Assembly (NCBI RefSeq): GCF_000619845.1
Contig: NZ_JHUX01000009.1
Location: 75,019 to 107,018 of the forward strand
Reading direction: 5' to 3'
DNA length: 32,000 bases
From: Alkanindiges illinoisensis DSM 15370
Lineage (GTDB): Bacteria; Pseudomonadota; Gammaproteobacteria; Pseudomonadales; Moraxellaceae
Each line of letters opens with the position of its first letter. Position 1 is the first letter of the stretch. The position numbers were made by a program, and so were the translations under genes. This document shows, piece by piece, positions 26,285 to 32,000 of the stretch. The notes beneath the pieces were generated by a model. The model had not been told where the DNA came from. It did not search any database and worked only from the letters and a program-made list of their open reading frames with translations.

Positions 26285-26313
26285 TATATATTGGTCGATT
26301 GACCAAATGTCAA
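26285..26313 (-). promoter_or_regulatory. Consensus-like sigma70 promoter with an operator palindrome as spacer (promoter C)
   Basis: The minus strand reads TTGACA-TTTGGTCAATCGACCAA-TATATA. The geometry is the same as promoter A, with one arm mismatch in the palindrome. Confidence 0.8.
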
Positions 26314-26477
26314 GCCTGTCCTCAAAATTTGATAGAATGAGTTAACAACGCAGCAGGTGAGCCAGATCATCTTTGACATCGAATATAGCTACCAGACCTT
26401 TTGGCAGAGGTGTTTTTTTAATGTTAGTTTTTTTACATTAGAGTGTGTTGACGTTTGAAAATATTGATTGCAAATTG

Positions 26478-27022
26478 GAGGCAGACTCAGAGAATTAAAG
26501 CTCTCCCCATCCGAGTCCACCATGCCACGCTTTATGCTGAACGACCAACATTGAGCAAAGATTTCTCCTATGCTCAAGCAACAGGACATTGATCACAAAC
26601 CAAATTTACGGCTCACCGTAGAAGCCATGCTCTACAGAATGTGGGTGAAATGTCCATGGCTAGACCTACCTCCTGACTGAGTTTGGTCAGCAGCCTAATC
26701 TCTACAAAAGATACAACGACTGGTCAGCAAAAGGTTTTTTCCAAAGCATACTCAGGGTTTTATCTACTGACTCTGATATAGAGTAGGGGTTATGGATAGC
26801 AATTACGTCAAGGCACATCAACATAATGCACGTGCTGCAACTCACGATCAGGAGGCGATTGGCTTAAGTCGAGGTAGCAAGACAAGTAAGATCCATCTTG
26901 CCGTAGATGGGTATGGATTACCCATCGTGTTTGCGATCACGGGTGGTGAATTACACAAAGCCAAAGCTGCACCTGACTTGCTCTCACAGGTATCTATCGA
27001 TGCCATTCTGATTAACATCTGA
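26478..27022 (+). pseudogene. Degraded, 3'-truncated IS5-family (IS427/IS1031-like) transposase / IS remnant
   Basis: From the ATG at 26522 the translation is MPRFMLNDQH*AKISPMLKQQ...LRLTVEAMLYRMWVKCPWLDLPPD*. After frame breaks it continues MDSNYVKAHQHNARAA...AIGLSRGSKTSKIHLAVDGYGLPIVFAITGGELH. This is the conserved IS5-family order but carries stops and frameshifts and lacks the C-terminal third. The left-end coordinate is approximate. Confidence 0.7.
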
Positions 27023-27060
27023 ATCAGCGTAATGCAAATCTAGCCTGATGTAGTTTTAAG

Positions 27061-28275
27061 CTACCCCATCAACGCCTGTACCGCAATCGACTCATCCGCC
27101 AACCGCAGTGGATCGACCGCCGTACCAGCCGTGATCAGCTTTTTGCTTAGCATAAACTCCTGCGGACGATTCACACAATCCGCCGCAATCAGGCGACCCG
27201 CCTGCAAATAAAACGCTGCAAAGCTACGCCTTTGCTGCACATCACCCCGAATCACGATCTGATCATACCCCTGACTGAGTCCCGCAATCTGCAACTTTAG
27301 ATCATACTGATCTGACCAAAACCAAGGCAAACTCTTCGAGGTCCGCTGTAAGCCACACAAGGTCGCCGAGGCAATTTTGGCCTGTTCATTGGCGTTTGGT
27401 ACCGACTCCAAGCGCATCCGCCGCTGATAAATCGGATTAAACGCATTGGCACAATCCCCGATGGCCACAATCTCTGGCGCACTGGTACGGCAATACTCAT
27501 CAATCACAATACCATTGTCCACCTGCAAGCCCGCGTCCAGCGCCAACTCGATATTCGGTACAACCCCGACCCCGATGATCACCAGATCTGCATCGAACAT
27601 CGAACCATCGGCACACAGCACCGCTTGCGCCCGCCCCTCACCCGTGATCGCCGTGACCGACACACCGGTATGAATCGTCACACCCTGTTCGCGATGAATC
27701 CGCGTATAAAAGTCCGACACTTCCGGTGCAGTTACCCGCTGCAAAATCCGCTCGGCGGCTTCCAAGACCACCACCTGCATGCCCTGCTCGGTCAATGCGG
27801 CGGCTGTTTCAAGACCGATATAGCCACCACCGATCACCACTGCTTTGCCGTTGGGTTGTACAAATGGCTGGATAGCCTGTACATCGCTGATATTTCTAAG
27901 ATAATGCACACCTGCCAAATCAGACCCAGCCAGCGACACCGTCCTGACTCGTGCACCGGTACACAGCGCCAACTGGTCATACGCAAGCGTACTGCCATCT
28001 TGTAGTGTCACGCTGCGCGCTGCCCGATCAATCGCAACCACCCGCCCGTGCCGAAATTCGATCTGATTTTTTTGATAAAAAGCGGCTGGCCGAATCAATA
28101 ACTCATCGACCAGTTGTGCACCGCATAAAAAGGTCTTGGACAACGGCGGTCGATGATACGGCAAATACGGCTCATCGCCGATCACCACAATCTCGCCCTG
28201 CCAGCCATCTGGCCGCAGACTTGCCGCCAACTGCGCCGCAGCATGACTTGCGCCAATGATGACGATTGTTTGCAT
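27061..28275 (-). CDS. FAD-dependent ferredoxin reductase (putidaredoxin/rubredoxin-reductase type) of the CYP153 system
   Basis: GASHAA and GGGYIGLE dinucleotide folds are present, and the GDCA motif appears in AIGDCANAF. It is the last gene of the ferredoxin-P450-reductase operon. Confidence 0.9.
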   Translation of the reverse strand: MQTIVIIGASHAAAQLAASLRPDGWQGEIVVIGDEPYLPYHRPPLSKTFLCGAQLVDELLIRPAAFYQKNQIEFRHGRVVAIDRAARSVTLQDGSTLAYDQLALCTGARVRTVSLAGSDLAGVHYLRNISDVQAIQPFVQPNGKAVVIGGGYIGLETAAALTEQGMQVVVLEAAERILQRVTAPEVSDFYTRIHREQGVTIHTGVSVTAITGEGRAQAVLCADGSMFDADLVIIGVGVVPNIELALDAGLQVDNGIVIDEYCRTSAPEIVAIGDCANAFNPIYQRRMRLESVPNANEQAKIASATLCGLQRTSKSLPWFWSDQYDLKLQIAGLSQGYDQIVIRGDVQQRRSFAAFYLQAGRLIAADCVNRPQEFMLSKKLITAGTAVDPLRLADESIAVQALMG

Positions 28276-28361
28276 ATGAATTCACTCAGTTCATGGTTGA
28301 TGCACAGCATCAATTGTTGCCGACGACAGTTGCAAAATGCCTCTGTCGCCTATTTTGATAC

Positions 28362-29753
28362 CTACGCTTTGGCAGTCAGTTTGACCATCATCTTGGCATA
28401 GCCGCGCACAAAGTTAGACTGCACCAACTCTGGCTCACCCAATACCTCAATATTGTCGAAGCGAAGCAATAACTCCTCCCACAGAATCCGCAACTGCATC
28501 TCGGCCAAGCGATTGCCCATACAGCGATGCACACCAAAGCCAAATGACAAATGATTGCGTGCACCTTTACGATCAATCAAAAACGCATCTGGCTGTTCAA
28601 TCACCCGCTCGTCACGATTGCCCGAGGCATACCACATTAAGATCTTGTCGCCCTTACGGATGGTTTGGCCGTGCATCTCGATGTCTTGCTTGGCGATGCG
28701 ACGCATATACGCCAGTGGGGTCTGCCAGCGAATGATCTCGGACACCATATTTGGAATCAGGCTCGGTTGGTTTTTCAGTTTGACAAACTGCTCAGGAAAC
28801 AGGTTCAGCGCATATACCCCGCCGGTCATGGAGTTCCGCGTGGTGTCATTCCCACCGACAATCAGCAAGGCCAAATTGCCCAAAAACTCCATCGGACGGT
28901 GAATCAAATCCTTGGTATCGTCATTGCTCAGCATTAAGCTAATCAAATCAAATCCCATCGGCTCACCTGCCGCTTGCTGAGCCGCCTTGGCATGCCACAG
29001 CGCGGCAAACTGCTTGGCCATATCAGCGGCGGCATTAAAAAGCACATCGTTGTCGCTAATCTCACCGCCCGTGGCTTCTGCGCTGCCCGCCAACGTATCA
29101 GACCAGTACACCAGCTTGTGCCGCTGTTCATACGGAAAATCTAACAAGGTCGCCAGCATGCGTGCGGTGATTTCTTTGGACACCCGCTCCACCCAATCAA
29201 ACGGCGTATCGAGCGGCAAATCATCCAAAATCTCTTGTACCCGACTGCGGATCAGCCCTTCCATTTCTTTTAAATTTTTCGGTGCGACCACACCTTGTAC
29301 CGCTTGACGCTGCACATCGTGCTTAGGCGGATCCATTGCAATAAACATTTCCACATCCAGTCCGGCGGGCGGCTTGCCAATCACAATCACCGGTTCCGCC
29401 GAAAACAGCTCGTGGGATTTGTCCACGAACACAATATCGTCATAACGGGTAATCGACCAAAATGCACCGAATGGACTGCTTTTTTGGTAATGAACAGGAC
29501 GCTCGTCGCGTAGCCGCTTAAAGTATGACTGCCATTGATGCTGTCGATATAAAAACGGATTGCTCATATCGATGTCTTCGAGCTTGAGCGTGGCAACATC
29601 GGGGATTGGCTTTTCTACAAAATCAGGGAACGGTTGCGCCTGTGTCACCCGTTGCTTGACCTTTTGGAACACCTGCATGCCTTTCACTTGTAAATGCATG
29701 GGTATCGGCAGCAGGGCTGAAATTTGGTTTAGTGTGGCTTGCATGTTTTTCAT
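28362..29753 (-). CDS. Cytochrome P450, CYP153-type alkane terminal hydroxylase
   Basis: Heme loop FGFGVHRCMGNRLA, I-helix LLIVGGNDTTRNS, ExxR (SEIIRW). The length, the gene order with ferredoxin and reductase, and the divergent AraC match the described Acinetobacter CYP153 clusters (EB104/OC4 type), as far as I recall them. Confidence 0.9.
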   Translation of the reverse strand: MKNMQATLNQISALLPIPMHLQVKGMQVFQKVKQRVTQAQPFPDFVEKPIPDVATLKLEDIDMSNPFLYRQHQWQSYFKRLRDERPVHYQKSSPFGAFWSITRYDDIVFVDKSHELFSAEPVIVIGKPPAGLDVEMFIAMDPPKHDVQRQAVQGVVAPKNLKEMEGLIRSRVQEILDDLPLDTPFDWVERVSKEITARMLATLLDFPYEQRHKLVYWSDTLAGSAEATGGEISDNDVLFNAAADMAKQFAALWHAKAAQQAAGEPMGFDLISLMLSNDDTKDLIHRPMEFLGNLALLIVGGNDTTRNSMTGGVYALNLFPEQFVKLKNQPSLIPNMVSEIIRWQTPLAYMRRIAKQDIEMHGQTIRKGDKILMWYASGNRDERVIEQPDAFLIDRKGARNHLSFGFGVHRCMGNRLAEMQLRILWEELLLRFDNIEVLGEPELVQSNFVRGYAKMMVKLTAKA

Positions 29754-29802
29754 GATTCATTCCTCAATGATGATGCTTAACAGCTGTTGAAATCTGCCGT
29801 CA

Positions 29803-30123
29803 CTACATTTGAAACTCAGGCAAATGCACCACCATGCCATCCATTGCATCGGACAATTGAATCTGGCACGCCAAACGAGACGACGCCGTACCTTCTGGTA
29901 CCATCTCTAGCATGCGCGCCTCTTCGTCATTGGGCTGTCCTGTCGCCGCCAGCCAAGCACCGTCAACGATCACATGACAGGTTCCACAAGCACATTCGCC
30001 ACCGCAATCTCCATCAATGCCGGATACGCCGTGATCGATAGCCAGTTGCATCAGCGACTTGCCCGCTTCGATGTCAAGTACGGTGGCGGTACCGTCATAC
30101 TCGATCAATGTAATTTGACCCAT
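29803..30123 (-). CDS. [2Fe-2S] ferredoxin (putidaredoxin/adrenodoxin type), P450 redox partner
   Basis: I place the start at the ATG at 30123 (MGQITLIEYDG...), preceded by AGGAG. The Cys ligands lie in CGGECACGTCHV and LACQI. The 30348 start in the track is an over-extension. Confidence 0.9.
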   Translation of the reverse strand: MGQITLIEYDGTATVLDIEAGKSLMQLAIDHGVSGIDGDCGGECACGTCHVIVDGAWLAATGQPNDEEARMLEMVPEGTASSRLACQIQLSDAMDGMVVHLPEFQM

Positions 30124-30339
30124 TATTACTACTCCTGTGTGGTATACGGTTGCTGGTGACGCCGATGAAAATAGCCATCCCTCTTTACTCATAATAGACA
30201 TGTATCCATACTGCTTACAGGTCTCTTGTTGACAATATAGGGTCATTAAAAGACGATTATGGCGCTGTAGCCCCATCGTCGATTGCATTTTTCTAGTCGA
30301 TGTTCTTTCATACTGGTCTGTTATTGAGGTGTTTGAGCC

Positions 30340-31419
30340 ATGTTGCATCCAAGTCTGCTGACTGGTCTCGCCAGTACAAGTGAATCTGCTAATATCCCCT
30401 GTAGCTATACCCGTCTGATTGGCCGAGAGCTGGACTTGCAGGCGCGTGACCTACCTAAACTATTAAAATTCACCACGCTGACCGCTGAACAACTGATGCG
30501 TGACGACACGATGATCACGGCCAGCCAACAGATTCAAATCTTACAAAATAGCTTGGAGTTGTCCGCATCCGATCAGTTTGGCTTGCGTTTAGGGCAGCGG
30601 CTCACGCCGTCAACACATGGCTCGATGGGCTTTTTAATCAATAGCAGCCCGAACTTATTGGCCGTGTTACAAGCGTTTCAAACTTTTTTGCCGACCCGTA
30701 TGAGTTTGATTAGGCTCGAAACACACACCAATGCTGAGTGGACGACCTGCTTGATTTTCTTTGAGCAGACCTTGAGTCATGCAGTACATCGGCTACTGTC
30801 CGAAACTGTTGCGGTGATTTTTTCGGAATGTGCCGAATTTATTGTTGGACGACCGCTGACCGAGGCGGTGATTCAGTTTAGCCATCCCGCCCCCGATCAT
30901 CATGCCTGTTACGCGGATTATCTTGCCGGTACCTATCAGTTTGATCAGCCACAACTGTCGATCCGAGTGCCGACCGAGTTGTGCTTGATTGCCAATGCAT
31001 CCGCGCAGCACGATAGCTATCTGCTGGCGATGCAACAATGCGAAATGATCCTCAACCGGCTCAAGACCCAACAACACAGCACCACCTACCAAGTGCAAAA
31101 AGCCATGCTGTCCTATCCGCTCGGGCAACTGAGTGAAGAGGATCTGGCTGCAGCCTTGTTTATGAATAAGCGTACGCTGGCCAGACGTCTGGTCAAAGAG
31201 AACACGAGTTACCGGCTGATTCGAGATCGGATTTTATCTGAGAAAGCCAGTAGTTATTTACATGACCCTCAAATATCGGTCGAGGCAATTGCCAGCTTAC
31301 TGAATTACCACGACTCTGCTAATTTTCGGCGCGCGTTTAAACGCTGGTTTGGTGTATCACCAAGTGCTTATCGGCGAAAAATCACCCATCGGCAAGAAGA
31401 AAATGACCTGAGAGAATGA
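30340..31419 (+). CDS. AraC/XylS-family transcriptional regulator, divergent from the CYP153 operon
   Basis: C-terminal double HTH (KRTLARRLVKENTSYRLIRDRIL...IASLLNYHDSANFRRAFKRWFGVSPSAYRR). The exact start is uncertain. Confidence 0.85.
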   Translation: MLHPSLLTGLASTSESANIPCSYTRLIGRELDLQARDLPKLLKFTTLTAEQLMRDDTMITASQQIQILQNSLELSASDQFGLRLGQRLTPSTHGSMGFLINSSPNLLAVLQAFQTFLPTRMSLIRLETHTNAEWTTCLIFFEQTLSHAVHRLLSETVAVIFSECAEFIVGRPLTEAVIQFSHPAPDHHACYADYLAGTYQFDQPQLSIRVPTELCLIANASAQHDSYLLAMQQCEMILNRLKTQQHSTTYQVQKAMLSYPLGQLSEEDLAAALFMNKRTLARRLVKENTSYRLIRDRILSEKASSYLHDPQISVEAIASLLNYHDSANFRRAFKRWFGVSPSAYRRKITHRQEENDLRE

Positions 31420-31626
31420 GGTTGTTCGTATGATTGTTAATACGTTGAAACATCAATACGCCCTAGAAAAATACCTTAAAACGCTATGTCAGAGATGGCA
31501 ATCATATGGCAGCCCTCCACTTCCAATCCGATAACCTCAACTCAACCCAACGCTTGCAACCCGCTGTGAACTCTGTAGAGGTTTTAATTCCCATTGCAGC
31601 CCATCCACCGTCAATGTCTTCAGTTA

Positions 31627-31664
31627 GGGGTCGTCTCAGGAAACGGAAAATATAGCACGCTAAG
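31627..31664 (+). repeat. 38-bp terminal inverted repeat of a Tn3-family (Tn21-subgroup-like) transposon; the outer end is at 31627
   Basis: GGGGTCGTCTCAGGAAACGGAAAATATAGCACGCTAAG. By my recollection it differs at only two positions from the Tn21-type IR GGGGTCGTCTCAGAAAACGGAAAATAAAGCACGCTAAG. It has the canonical GGGG...ACGCTAAG ends. Confidence 0.8.
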
Positions 31665-32000
31665 GATTTTCACTCCGACTTCTTTTAACGATATCCAACA
31701 CGGTATTTTTGCTTAGATTGACCAGCCGACCGACTTGTCGATAAGAGTGTCCAGCAGACACCAACTCCAACACTTTAGGTGCCAGACGATCTGACTTGGT
31801 ACGTTGACCAGGACGACGACCAAACACAACGCCCCGCGCTTGTGCCGCTGCTACACCAGAGCGCACACGTTCACGTAGTAAATCTCCCTCAAACTCTGCT
31901 AATGCAGACATCACAGAAGCCATGAGCTTTCCCTGAGATGTGGAAAGGTCAAACTGCAAACCTGTTTGTGCCACCAGAGATACCCCGAAATGCCCAAGAT
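31660..32000 (-). CDS. tnpR: Serine recombinase / resolvase (TnpR-like); the 5' end runs off the window
   Basis: ...LQFDLSTSQGKLMASVMSALAEFEGDLLRERVRSGVAAAQARGVVFGRRP...AGHSYRQVGRLVNLSKNTVLDIV shows a resolvase catalytic-domain C-terminus plus HTH. The frame stays open to nt 32000. The stop TAG (31662-31660) lies inside the IR. Confidence 0.8.
   Translation of the reverse strand, partial: LGHFGVSLVAQTGLQFDLSTSQGKLMASVMSALAEFEGDLLRERVRSGVAAAQARGVVFGRRPGQRTKSDRLAPKVLELVSAGHSYRQVGRLVNLSKNTVLDIVKRSRSENP

Noticed and set aside
16257-29790. Numerous 60-235-aa ORFs antisense to, or out of frame within, the GC-richer genes (e.g. 17638-18345, 19235-19708, 22463-22825, 23257-23544, 24949-25185, 27625-28005, 28555-28902, 28987-29307)
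   Set aside because: Each overlaps a longer ORF with clear family motifs. Their sequences are low-complexity Arg/Ala/Ser/Pro-rich, as expected for shadow frames in GC-rich coding DNA.
31423-31450. pdif-like 28-mer TGTTCGTATGA-TTGTTA-ATACGTTGAAA just after the AraC gene
   Set aside because: It matches only about 8/11 in the XerC arm and about 7/11 in the XerD arm, which is too degenerate to call without a matrix score or comparative data.
31420-31626. Minus-strand frame ending ...EDIDGGWAAMGIKTSTEFTAGCKRWVELRLSDWKWRAAI* abutting the Tn3-family IR
   Set aside because: It could be the 3' remnant of a gene cut by the transposon insertion. It is short, has no start and is unrecognised, so it cannot be supported from the sequence alone.

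Overview
Mosaic accessory region that looks like an Acinetobacter plasmid or island. All calls come from reading the sequence and the ORF track; no searches were run.
(1) 1-14.3 kb is an AT-rich copper-resistance island. It holds copC (partial, missing from the ORF track), a 21-Cys DUF326/Csp-like protein, copRS and a small His/Met-rich secreted protein. These are followed by the copA/pcoA multicopper oxidase with a 30-bp tandem repeat, copB/pcoB, an unknown exported protein, cusCBA (CusB carries a C-terminal CusF-like domain) and a lipoprotein CusF. Three boxes with identical half-sites (ATTACA-N4-TGTCAT) look like CopR/CusR operators, and one of them is orphan.
(2) 14.29-15.80 kb has a 28-bp XerC/XerD pdif-type site 6 bp from an intact ~1.48-kb IS (integrase-fold DDE transposase, IS1202/ISNCY-like). 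The IS has no target-site duplication, and GC content rises visibly to its right.
(3) 15.8-18.5 kb is a decayed purine-salvage fragment: an adenine/adenosine deaminase plus inverted, truncated ABC ATPase and permease pieces.
(4) 18.9-26.3 kb is the most interesting block, a same-strand, tightly coupled cluster with no assigned pathway. It encodes two paralogous 'metal-dependent hydrolase'-type proteins carrying paired ExxH motifs, an AurF/ferritin-like di-iron oxygenase and an Fe-alcohol dehydrogenase. It also encodes a TetR regulator, a BtrH-like Cys-fold protein and two PaaI thioesterases. The cluster is driven by two duplicated consensus sigma70 promoters whose 17-bp spacer is the palindrome TTGGTCAATTGACCAA. 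A ferredoxin-domain remnant marks an internal deletion.
(5) 26.5-27.0 kb is a degraded, truncated IS5-family transposase.
(6) 27.06-31.42 kb is a CYP153-type alkane hydroxylase operon (ferredoxin, P450, ferredoxin reductase) with a divergent AraC regulator.
(7) 31.63 kb to the end is a Tn21-like 38-bp terminal inverted repeat of a Tn3-family element, with a resolvase gene ending at the stop codon inside the IR.
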